Source: a virus (taxonomy: Duplodnaviria > Caudoviricetes). Taken from it: a DNA stretch of 64,000 nucleotides. The stretch is taken from the IMG/VR virus record IMGVR_UViG_3300032116_000009, one strand, 5' to 3'. Below, piece by piece: positions 51,813 to 60,908 of the stretch. The translations under genes and the position numbers were made by a program. The stretch's first letter is position 1; the number at the start of each line of letters is the position of its first letter. Under the pieces are notes generated by a model. The model did not search any database. It saw only the letters and a list, made by a program, of their open reading frames with translations, and was not told the DNA's origin.

Positions 51813-52508
51813 TCACTCATCATAGGTGGAGTCGGGTTCCAATGCAATGTAGTATGTAAGATTCTTATCTTCTGACTGGAAACGAGACAGGAGTTTCTTG
51901 GAGATCACAACCTCATAAGAACCAGGAAGAATCTTAATGTTTTCAACTTTAAAGTTCAGTACAAAAGTTCCAGTAGTTTCACCAACAACCAGTGAATATT
52001 CATTAGATGTGTCATTCTTTTTGTCACGAACAACCAATTTCACAACACCAGCTTCTCCAACAACAGAAAGGTCAGGAACACCATAAACTGCTGCAGCCTT
52101 GAGAAGTTTATCTAGTTGTTGAGTATTTACTTCAAAACAGACATCTTCAGAAGGGAGTGCAATAGACTTTTCGGGTGGAGTCACAATCACTGCAGGATCA
52201 GCAAAGAAATACTTAGAACGTGCATTACCTTCACTGATAGTCACATAACTATCATTAGCAAACTTCAGTTGAGGATTCTGATAGAGGGACATTGCATTTA
52301 GGAACTGGTTAAGGTCGTAAATACCAAAGTCTTTTTCAAATTCTTCCTCTACTTCAACTTCCGCAAGAATATTTTTCATTACAGAAATAGTGCGGAGTTT
52401 ATTTCCCTTCTTAAAGAGAATAGACTGATTAATTCCAGAGAAGTTCTTGAGAAGAGAGAGGGTTTTTTCAGAGAGTTTCATAGATGTATTTTTGAGTTTC
52501 ATGATCAA
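51813..52508 (-). CDS. Sliding clamp (gp45)
   Basis: LKNFSGINQS...FGIYDLNQFL...YYIALE. Confidence 0.95.
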   Translation of the reverse strand: MIMKLKNTSMKLSEKTLSLLKNFSGINQSILFKKGNKLRTISVMKNILAEVEVEEEFEKDFGIYDLNQFLNAMSLYQNPQLKFANDSYVTISEGNARSKYFFADPAVIVTPPEKSIALPSEDVCFEVNTQQLDKLLKAAAVYGVPDLSVVGEAGVVKLVVRDKKNDTSNEYSLVVGETTGTFVLNFKVENIKILPGSYEVVISKKLLSRFQSEDKNLTYYIALEPDSTYDE

Positions 52509-53047
52509 CGGAATTCGGAAAGGCCATTATCTTTACGAGAATAATGGCCATCAAAGTGAAGCAGGAGCATAGCATAATGAATCACTTTGAGAAGGTCACG
52601 TTTGTTGCGACCATCTTTATCACCATAACGACTTCCATACTTTAGAATATTCGCCTGACAAAATCCAGGAGCAAGACCCTTTGCTGCCATCAGATCAATC
52701 GTTTGAATATCTTGGTATTCTTCGTTGTGACTACAATAGTGACTACCATAAGTACTAGTCACATAATCCTTAATGTCTTTCAGGATTTTATCTTCATTAT
52801 ACTTCCACAAATGATTTTTGTTTTCGCTCATAGTAACAGGGGTTTTATCAAGGTTGAGTGTACCATTGTCACCAATATGCATGGTGAATTGATTGATATT
52901 AGTGTTTTCTTTTCCTGAGCCAATAAAGATTGTATCGGGAGAAGGATTTGGATTACCAGTCAAACTGATTCCATCTTCTACCCAAAAATCTTGGTTTGGG
53001 ATGGAACTTTCGTAAGTGCTTTCAAAGTTTTCAGACATTCTAATCAT
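52505..53047 (-). CDS. DUF3310-like protein
   Basis: HY...IQTIDL...NILKYGSRYG.K...DLLKVIHY. Confidence 0.7.
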   Translation of the reverse strand: MIRMSENFESTYESSIPNQDFWVEDGISLTGNPNPSPDTIFIGSGKENTNINQFTMHIGDNGTLNLDKTPVTMSENKNHLWKYNEDKILKDIKDYVTSTYGSHYCSHNEEYQDIQTIDLMAAKGLAPGFCQANILKYGSRYGDKDGRNKRDLLKVIHYAMLLLHFDGHYSRKDNGLSEFR

Positions 53048-53094
53048 AGTAAAAGAACAAAAAGGGGAGGCACTTCTTACCTTCCCCAATTATA

Positions 53095-54198
53095 TCAGGA
53101 TTGTGTTTCCTGGTCAATGGGCATCTGGAAATCAGCATCCACTTTATCATACAGTTCCAGGAAGGACTGTTTGGTTTCATCATCAAAACGGTTGACGCAC
53201 ACTTGGATTGCCTTTGCTTTGTCTTGGAAGATGCCGTATGCACGGATGATGTGAACCAGACGACGGGTGCTGATGATTTCCTCAATACCACCATCGTAGA
53301 AGGTCTTGCGGATGATGTCTGCCCAGTCCACCAGACGCTTGCAGAAGTCACGGTCTTTCACACCAAGATCCAGAGCAACGCCTTCCAGGATCTTTTGTTC
53401 AGTTGCAGGAGCAGGATAAGACTGCTCAAAGGTCACGGGGAAACGTTCAAGGAAAGCTTCATTAAGAACGTTAGTGCCAATAAATCGACCGTCATCAGAA
53501 CCCTTACCTTTGGTATTGGCGGTGGCAATCACATTGAAACCAGAAGCAGGTTTCACAAAGCGACCAATCTTTTTAAGGAACACACCCTTACCTTCCAGAA
53601 TAGATTGAAGGCACAGGATCTTGTTGGAAGCAAGATCAATCTCATCCAATAGGAGAATAGCACCACGTTCAAGTGCTTCCACCACAGGACCATTGTGCCA
53701 AACAGTAGCACCATCAACAAGACGGAACCCACCAATCAGGTCATCCTCATCCGTTTCAATCGTGATGTTGACACGAATCAGTTCACGTTTGAGTTGAGCA
53801 CACGCTTGTTCAACCGAGAACGTTTTACCGTTACCCGAAAGACCCGTAATGAACGCAGGGTAAAAGATACGGGACTGAATAATCTTTTTAATATCGTTAA
53901 AGTTACCAAACTTGACGAAGGTATCATCTTTATCAGGAATAAGGTTTTGTTCAGCGGCAGGAAGAACGGCAGGTGCTTGATAAGAACGCTCAATCTCTTC
54001 AACACGTTCTTGAGTCACTTCCAGATTCCAACGACCACGAGTAGTCTTGAAAGATTCCAGACGACGAGTTACGGTCTGGTAATTCATATTACGAGAGGCA
54101 CAGAAACCTCGAATATCCCCAGCACTAATTTCAGTACCATAGAGATTTTTGAGATCAGAAATGAGTTGTTCGTCAGTCACAGGAGATTTGCGAGGCAT
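53095..54198 (-). CDS. CobS-like MoxR AAA+ ATPase
   Basis: GLSGNGKT, DLIGG, LLLDEID, ANTKG, NEAFLERF. Confidence 0.92.
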   Translation of the reverse strand: MPRKSPVTDEQLISDLKNLYGTEISAGDIRGFCASRNMNYQTVTRRLESFKTTRGRWNLEVTQERVEEIERSYQAPAVLPAAEQNLIPDKDDTFVKFGNFNDIKKIIQSRIFYPAFITGLSGNGKTFSVEQACAQLKRELIRVNITIETDEDDLIGGFRLVDGATVWHNGPVVEALERGAILLLDEIDLASNKILCLQSILEGKGVFLKKIGRFVKPASGFNVIATANTKGKGSDDGRFIGTNVLNEAFLERFPVTFEQSYPAPATEQKILEGVALDLGVKDRDFCKRLVDWADIIRKTFYDGGIEEIISTRRLVHIIRAYGIFQDKAKAIQVCVNRFDDETKQSFLELYDKVDADFQMPIDQETQS

Positions 54199-54231
54199 AA
54201 TGTGGTTGGGTGGTGTGTTTCAACTGAAGCT

Positions 54232-54291
54232 ATAATACGCGAAAACCACCCCAGAAGAAAGGGGTATTGTGCCAGTTTAAAAAGTGTCCAC
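54232..54291 (-). promoter_or_regulatory. Palindrome-associated promoter of the CobS-like gene
   Basis: GTGGACACTTTTTAAACTGGCACA, then 30 nt, then TATTAT. Confidence 0.6.
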
Positions 54292-56303
54292 TACAAGATA
54301 TTTTTTACTTTACCAAAAATGTTTCTATTCCAAAAGTCACAAATAGAAACTTCTATTTCAGGATCAACAACATACAAAGAAGCTAAACATCTTTGTTGAC
54401 AACTCTGAACTTCTGTATGTCCATATAACAAAGTGGTAGCATCGGTAGAAAAAATATTAGAAAGATTTACAAATTTTTTCCCAGGTCCAACAAAAATATT
54501 TGCAAACTTTTGAGATTCTTTATACAAATCAGCAACAACAAACTTTGTAGGAGTTTTTTTAAAGACTGACCAATACTTAATAAATGATTCGGTTCCACCA
54601 AAATGGTCCATAAGTTCTTTGATTGATAAATCAAAACTATGATCCATTACAAATCTTGAGTGATCTGTTTTCCCCAACCAAGTAAAATAATCCTTTTCGG
54701 AAAAAGATTTGATACATTCTACAATATCATTTGTCTTCCATGTATGTAAGTGTTTATACCATTGTATACTTTTAATATTAAAATCATATACAATAATTTT
54801 ACCATTTAAGTCCAATTTTTTATTTTTAAAAATATCAAACAACTTAAATCCACTTGCAGTATTTACAACTAAATTAAACTTACCTTCATTATTAATTGAC
54901 ATTGATTCACTATTAAATAACCATATTTGATCTTTTACTGATTTTGCATCATTTATCAACTTTACTTGATTCCAATTCTGACCTTCATATGGAGTTAAAG
55001 TTTTAATACTTGATTCAAACTTTTCAGTATTAAATTCTGGATAATAATAAAACTTATTAAAACGTAATTTTTCGCTCAAAGTTATTACTGGCCAATCATT
55101 TAAAAACATAGAACTCAAAAGTTTCCAACCCTGTCCAGCGTTAGATTGGTATTCTTGTTTGTTTGAATACTTAACCCACAATGGAGTATAGTCATCATGA
55201 AAGTTTTCAATACTTCTTTCAACTACAGGTAATAATTGTTCTTCAGAACACCAATCACCAAATTCCGGACATCCAACTTCTTTCCATGCAGAAACGTTGA
55301 CTATAAAAAATTGGTGGTGTAATTCCAACCACCTCCCAGGCCAAGATAATATATGTCCAGCTATACCAAAATTATTTTCATTTATAAAATCTCTAATTTC
55401 TTTATCATAATCAAAACTCTTCAAAGTACATCCAGAAGATTGAATCACACAATACTCATATTTTTTAATTAAAGCTTCATTCAATATCTCATGTATTTCA
55501 TCTCCACAAATTATATCTACATTACTTCTAGATCTGTTGAGATAAAATAAGGTTGCACCTTTGGATCTTAGGTACATCGAAAAATTATTAATCCTATTTC
55601 GTTGATTATAAACCCCGTAACATACCCGTTTCTTTCGAGTTTTAAGTTGATCAAATGCTGTTTGTATTAAATTATTATTAATAGATCCATGAACAATAAA
55701 ATGATATCTAGGTTCATCACTATTATTAAAAACAGCGTGAACATTTCCTATATCTAAAAAAAATCCTGTCCCTTGACTAAAAGGAACTTTTCCCCATTTT
55801 TCAAAGTAAAAATTACATCCATCAGGATTATTAATTGCTATGTTCAAAGGACCAAAAATTCTACCATCACCATCAGAATGTGGCATAATGTATCCACCAG
55901 GAGATAGTTTCATGATCCTTACTCGATCGTAACTACCATATCCCAATTTTTTTAAAAATTTAACGCAAGTAGGAAAATATACACAAGCTTCTGTCCAATC
56001 ATAATCTGGTTCAGTCAGTCCATATTGATCATAATTTTCAGTAGCATCTGGACGTATTCCATGTAAAGTTAAAGCAGACCAACCTTCATGAGAATAACTT
56101 AGATGTTTATCTTTCTGCCTATGACCCACAAAAAGATGATCATTATCAATGCATTCTTGATGCATTTCTTCAAAGTCATCAGAAAAATCTATTTGAAGAA
56201 AAGGCCAATCTGAGTCAAATACATTGAATTGTTTTGAAGAATTTGGGGGATACCACTGATTCTCCAATGAGTTTTCTATAAATGTTTCAATTATTTTGTT
56301 CAT
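54291..56303 (-). CDS. Asp/Asn beta-hydroxylase-like 2OG-Fe(II) domain fused to about 450 aa of unassigned sequence
   Basis: RVRIMKLSPGGYIMPHSD...NIAINNP...HAVFN...R.H. Confidence 0.8.
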   Translation of the reverse strand: MNKIIETFIENSLENQWYPPNSSKQFNVFDSDWPFLQIDFSDDFEEMHQECIDNDHLFVGHRQKDKHLSYSHEGWSALTLHGIRPDATENYDQYGLTEPDYDWTEACVYFPTCVKFLKKLGYGSYDRVRIMKLSPGGYIMPHSDGDGRIFGPLNIAINNPDGCNFYFEKWGKVPFSQGTGFFLDIGNVHAVFNNSDEPRYHFIVHGSINNNLIQTAFDQLKTRKKRVCYGVYNQRNRINNFSMYLRSKGATLFYLNRSRSNVDIICGDEIHEILNEALIKKYEYCVIQSSGCTLKSFDYDKEIRDFINENNFGIAGHILSWPGRWLELHHQFFIVNVSAWKEVGCPEFGDWCSEEQLLPVVERSIENFHDDYTPLWVKYSNKQEYQSNAGQGWKLLSSMFLNDWPVITLSEKLRFNKFYYYPEFNTEKFESSIKTLTPYEGQNWNQVKLINDAKSVKDQIWLFNSESMSINNEGKFNLVVNTASGFKLFDIFKNKKLDLNGKIIVYDFNIKSIQWYKHLHTWKTNDIVECIKSFSEKDYFTWLGKTDHSRFVMDHSFDLSIKELMDHFGGTESFIKYWSVFKKTPTKFVVADLYKESQKFANIFVGPGKKFVNLSNIFSTDATTLLYGHTEVQSCQQRCLASLYVVDPEIEVSICDFWNRNIFGKVKNIL

Positions 56304-57258
56304 CTATTTCAATTTCTACTACCCTTTTAATTTGAGAAAAGACTTCATTGTTCCACCTTTTTTGAACTTCAGTATTAAAATACCAATCGTCCTCAATTGG
56401 ATGAAATCTTAACAGATCATCATCAATTACAATATGTCCAAGAAAATATCTACCTAAAGCTAGAGCATTTAAATTCTCAATAGGAATTATTTCCTGAGCT
56501 TCTTGTTCTATAGTTTCATACCACTTATAGAATTGTAACTCAGTTGTTTTTTGGCAATACGTTTTATTCTGAAAACAAAGCCATACCTCAGAACTATACC
56601 TTTGTTGAACTTTTACTTGTTTATTTGTAACAACTCTAACATCATCATCATGACAAGCGTGCATGTAGTCTTTACCTAAGGTGTTATATCCGAGATAAAG
56701 ATGCCCCCACGAGAAATCAGTAGTTAAAAATAATTTATCTTTTTCTTCCAATCTCCTACCATCATATGGCGGATAAACAGACACTAAGGCACTGTATTCT
56801 GGAAAATCTTTCACAGTTGTACCCATTGCAACTTCTGTTACATGAATCCATTCATTTAAATCCAACCAAAGTCTATGAACATCTTCACCAAGATATAATT
56901 TTTTATCCGCACCATATTCTTCAAATTTTTCATGTAAACTATTCAGTTTTTCCCTATTTGCATCACTCGTTCCACTCAAAAAACTCAACATATTAGAATT
57001 ATATGCAGTATTGATATCCTTCACTATTGAGTTTATTTTTTCAGTTAATTCATTTAAATGTAAATAATTTTTATTTGATATTTTGAGATTGAGTGATGCA
57101 TTACTTCGGTTGAGATATGTTTTAACTTCATTCAACCACTTTTCCCTCAAACTATTTGGTTGCAAATAGTAAGTTAGTTGAAGTGGTTGTCCATTTTGTA
57201 ACTCAAAAATAAATTTTACATGTTTATCTTTTTCAAAAAACTCCACAATAAACCTCAA
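56287..57258 (-). CDS. Hypothetical protein
   Basis: 323-aa ORF overlapping the hydroxylase start; GHLYLGYNTLGKD motif. Confidence 0.75.
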   Translation of the reverse strand: MRFIVEFFEKDKHVKFIFELQNGQPLQLTYYLQPNSLREKWLNEVKTYLNRSNASLNLKISNKNYLHLNELTEKINSIVKDINTAYNSNMLSFLSGTSDANREKLNSLHEKFEEYGADKKLYLGEDVHRLWLDLNEWIHVTEVAMGTTVKDFPEYSALVSVYPPYDGRRLEEKDKLFLTTDFSWGHLYLGYNTLGKDYMHACHDDDVRVVTNKQVKVQQRYSSEVWLCFQNKTYCQKTTELQFYKWYETIEQEAQEIIPIENLNALALGRYFLGHIVIDDDLLRFHPIEDDWYFNTEVQKRWNNEVFSQIKRVVEIEIDEQNN

Positions 57259-57279
57259 ATACTATAATAATTTATTTAA

Positions 57280-58566
57280 TCAATCTCTAGATGAATCATA
57301 TTTTTCTCTCGCTTTTGATTCTTTCTTTTCCTTTTCGGTAAATCCATGTTTCATAACTCTTTCGTTATGACGAGTAGCCTTTCTTCTCTGTTCTTCCTCT
57401 GGGGATTCTTTTTCACCCTTTACTTTTGGTTCTTGTCTTGAACCAGGAAAGTTCTTAGAGTGTTCTTTCTCAGCCTTATGTTGAAGGTTAGTAATACCTG
57501 CTTTTAGTCTGGTCTCTTTACCTTTTTTCGCAGCCATAAAGGAAGATTTTGCTTTTTCTGCACGTTCCGCACGAGCCGAATCTCCACGATCAGAACCTTC
57601 TGTATCCATCCTACGTGCTTCAATAATTTCTGCAAACCAAGATTCACTCATATTAAGAATGATTTTATCTGCAGACTCTTCATTTGAAGCATATCCTTCC
57701 TCAAGTAAATGCGAAAGAACTACTTGATAAGTGTTGTAACTTTCATCAATTTCACCCATTGCTTTTTGCTTACGGAGTTTCTTAGGATTCTTGGTTACTG
57801 TACCAGGACCTGGCTTGTGTCCACCAGCAGTGTACTCAACAGCACTATCTCTCGCATAATCTCTGCTATCTTGGTCAAGTTTACCCCTACCAGATTTACC
57901 CAACATACCAGACCATCTTGGTTTAGTAGATTTCTTACCACGATTTCCTGCATCAGGACCATTATCAATTCTCTGAGTATGCTTCTCAATTGCCTTTACT
58001 TTCTTAGTCTTCTCACCTTTCTGAGAATACTCACTTGCGGGTTTCTCACGTCTTGCGATAGCAAGTTTACCCATTGCTTGTCTTGCTTTAGGTGTCTTAC
58101 CGTAAGAACCTTCTGCTTCATAGATATCAAGCATGTCATCCCAAGTGTACTCGGATAGATCATAACCTTCTTCTACAAGAGACTCCACCCAAAGTTCAAA
58201 ATCTTCTTTAGCAAACTCACCCATTGCTTTTTGCTTACGGAGTTTCTTAGGATTCTTAGTAATTCCACCAGGACCCTCTGAAGGATAATCATGACCGCGA
58301 GGAGAACCATGTGCTGCACCTGCTCTTGCTTCCTCTCTATCAGAAGCAGTCATTCCTTTTCTTGGAGAAGTCTCAGGCCTTCTTTCTGCAGGATTAGTTC
58401 TTCTGAGCATTTTCTTGAGGAAAGGCTTTCTCTTTGCAGTCATCTTGGTTTTTGATGCTGCAGCATATGCCTTTGGAGTTTCACCATAAGAACCTTCTGC
58501 TTCATCAAGTTGTTGATTAACTTGGTTATAAGCTTCTGTCAGATTTTGCAGGTCGTTAAAGTCCAT
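57280..58566 (-). CDS. Putative internal head polyprotein with duplicated AEGSYG...KNPKKLRKQKAMGE modules
   Basis: Translation; CTAAATA late promoter at 58589..58595. Confidence 0.75.
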   Translation of the reverse strand: MDFNDLQNLTEAYNQVNQQLDEAEGSYGETPKAYAAASKTKMTAKRKPFLKKMLRRTNPAERRPETSPRKGMTASDREEARAGAAHGSPRGHDYPSEGPGGITKNPKKLRKQKAMGEFAKEDFELWVESLVEEGYDLSEYTWDDMLDIYEAEGSYGKTPKARQAMGKLAIARREKPASEYSQKGEKTKKVKAIEKHTQRIDNGPDAGNRGKKSTKPRWSGMLGKSGRGKLDQDSRDYARDSAVEYTAGGHKPGPGTVTKNPKKLRKQKAMGEIDESYNTYQVVLSHLLEEGYASNEESADKIILNMSESWFAEIIEARRMDTEGSDRGDSARAERAEKAKSSFMAAKKGKETRLKAGITNLQHKAEKEHSKNFPGSRQEPKVKGEKESPEEEQRRKATRHNERVMKHGFTEKEKKESKAREKYDSSRD

Positions 58567-58596
58567 TTTTTTACAAATACTTTGTAAGTATTTAGT

Positions 58597-58618
58597 AAAA
58601 AAGAGGGGTTTCCCCCTC
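58597..58618 (-). terminator. Rho-independent terminator
   Basis: GAGGGG-GAAA-CCCCTC followed by a T-run. Confidence 0.85.
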
Positions 58619-60827
58619 AAGCAACAAGATCAATAAACTCACCAAGAATTTTTTTATTCATCTTCTTACTCTTTAGAGACTTTGCGAATGCAGATTTAAT
58701 TTGGGATTTTGTTGCACATTCATGAACATCAAACTCAGAATCTTGAGAAAGTGCCGAACCAGAAAGGCCAAAGTAAGAATGATAACCAGAATTTTTAATT
58801 GAAAAAGATTTATTCTTTTTCCAATCATTCATGATTTTTACATATTCTTTATTGTCTTGAGCATAACCAGAACTATATTCATAATTATCGTAATACTTAC
58901 GAATGAAAGAATTAGCTTCACGATTTTCAAGAACCCGCATACCAATAAAATTCACAGAAGGAAAACGATCACGAAGGTTCTGAAGAAGAGTGTCCGTAAA
59001 TTGATGAAATTCAAATGGTACTTTATAAGTACAGCCAGTTTTACGATCACGAATGAAAGTAGGGTGACTATTAAGAGAGTTCAATCCAATATAAGGTTCT
59101 CCACCATCAACAGAACGATTTTTAAACTCTTTGTGAAACTTCATATAACAAGCTTCACCATCGGTTAAAACTACACATTGAACTTTCTGGAGTTTATTTT
59201 CCTTTTGAAACTTAGGCAAAATTTGATGCATTGCAATCAAAGCTTCATTCAAAGGAGTTCCAGAAAGAAGTAGTCTAGTCGGAGTATTATACATTGGAGC
59301 ATCATTATAAGAATACTTAAATTCTTTAGCAATGCGATAAATGTTAATCATTTGTTCTTCCAGAACACGATTATTTACTTTACTAGTAAAAAGATTCATC
59401 ATGGAAAATGTTTCATCTACACAGATGAGTCCAGATTTCTTTTGATAGTGTGGTTCCATCCTCATAAAGTTTCCCTTTTCGTCATATGTACTACGACGCC
59501 ACTCATTAGTAAATGCATAAACTTCGAAGGGAATAGAAACCTTCTTACAGAACCAAATCAAATTATAAAGTTGTTTGATTGTATCCTGCATCACATTTGA
59601 CATTGAGCCAGACCAGTCCAGGACAAACACTAGGCCATGATTTTTTCCGTTTGCAAGAGTGGTTACCTTACGGAACAAATCTTCATTATACTTATAAGTA
59701 TGAAGTTTAGAACAATCTAGAACACCAGTACGAGCAGTAGTGGAACGAGCGTATGAATCTGCAGCTTTCCGACATTCAAACTCTTTCACCAAGTAGTTAA
59801 CTTCTTTCTGAGCAGAACGTTTGAACTCTCGAAAATCTTTATCAATTTTTCCAAACAAAAATTCCTTAGCATTAGATTGACTCTTACTAAGAGATTCTAC
59901 TGATTTGTTCCACCAATCATTAATTTCATCATGAACTTCAGAATTAGATGCAATGACAGTTTCTAGATTAAGTTTGGGAAGTTCCACATAAACATTTTCA
60001 TACGAAGAGCTGTTGACAAGATCTCGAATAGATTCTTCCAAATTATCTGCAGTATGGACTTTAGGATCAGAAGTCTCTCCACCCTGATTTGAAGTTCCCT
60101 TAGAAGGTTGATCAATATCATCCCCCGATTCACCATCAGAAGGAGTCTGGCCACCTTCACCAGAGGTTTCAAGTGTATTCTGATCCGAATATTCTTCTTG
60201 GGGTTCTGAGGAAGGTTCTGAACTGTTTCCAGAATTTTGTTCCACTGTATCAATAGAATCAATCTTCATTTGTTGATCCTGTTCTTTCTTGCAGTACTCA
60301 TAAAGTTTTACCGCAGCTTGAATCGCTTCATCAAAAGTTTCTGCATCACCAATCATAGTGATGATTTCTTGTTCTTCCTGATTAAACTGTATATCAATGT
60401 AGTTACCAATCTTAAAGTAAAGATTGGCACGATCTGCAAGATTAAACTTAGAAATATCTTCTTCCTTTACTTGGAAAAAATCATCCTCGTGAAGTTCACG
60501 ATAACCCGCATAAAAACACTTATTGAGACCCGCATACCTACGTTTCATCAACTTTTCAATACGAGCATCTTCCGTAACATTCACAAATTGTTGTGGGATG
60601 GAAAACTTTTCACTCCAGTCCTCGTTAGGAGTATAAAGTGCATGACCCACTTCATGACCAACAAGCATATCGTAGACAACGTTAGAAGCCTTCTCCCACA
60701 TCGGGAGAATCAGGACACGAGTATCCACATTGAAAGACGCAGTGGGAACGTGTTTGTGTTCCACCACCAGATCTTCAGTAGCGAGGAGACGGGCAAGATG
60801 ACCTTTGACTTCGTGATTAACAGACAT
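58617..60827 (-). CDS. Metallopeptidase-like domain plus vWA (CobT-like) protein
   Basis: HEVGH (HExxH), EDARIE, VLDWSGSM MIDAS motif, SGTPL, VLTDGE. Confidence 0.88.
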   Translation of the reverse strand: MSVNHEVKGHLARLLATEDLVVEHKHVPTASFNVDTRVLILPMWEKASNVVYDMLVGHEVGHALYTPNEDWSEKFSIPQQFVNVTEDARIEKLMKRRYAGLNKCFYAGYRELHEDDFFQVKEEDISKFNLADRANLYFKIGNYIDIQFNQEEQEIITMIGDAETFDEAIQAAVKLYEYCKKEQDQQMKIDSIDTVEQNSGNSSEPSSEPQEEYSDQNTLETSGEGGQTPSDGESGDDIDQPSKGTSNQGGETSDPKVHTADNLEESIRDLVNSSSYENVYVELPKLNLETVIASNSEVHDEINDWWNKSVESLSKSQSNAKEFLFGKIDKDFREFKRSAQKEVNYLVKEFECRKAADSYARSTTARTGVLDCSKLHTYKYNEDLFRKVTTLANGKNHGLVFVLDWSGSMSNVMQDTIKQLYNLIWFCKKVSIPFEVYAFTNEWRRSTYDEKGNFMRMEPHYQKKSGLICVDETFSMMNLFTSKVNNRVLEEQMINIYRIAKEFKYSYNDAPMYNTPTRLLLSGTPLNEALIAMHQILPKFQKENKLQKVQCVVLTDGEACYMKFHKEFKNRSVDGGEPYIGLNSLNSHPTFIRDRKTGCTYKVPFEFHQFTDTLLQNLRDRFPSVNFIGMRVLENREANSFIRKYYDNYEYSSGYAQDNKEYVKIMNDWKKNKSFSIKNSGYHSYFGLSGSALSQDSEFDVHECATKSQIKSAFAKSLKSKKMNKKILGEFIDLVA

Positions 60828-60849
60828 GAACTTTGTTTCGTATGTGGCT

Positions 60850-60908
60850 ATATTACATGAAAAAAGGGGTCTGATTAGACCCCTTGTGACACTTTTTAAA
60901 CTGTCACA
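60850..60908 (-). promoter_or_regulatory. Palindrome-associated promoter of the peptidase-vWA gene (its spacer also forms the gp46 terminator)
   Basis: TGTGACAGTTTAAAAAGTGTCACA, then 29 nt, then TAATAT. Confidence 0.6.

Noticed and set aside
53095-54198. cobS as a cobalamin-biosynthesis auxiliary metabolic gene
   Set aside because: Generic MoxR AAA+ motifs only; no other cob pathway genes in the window.
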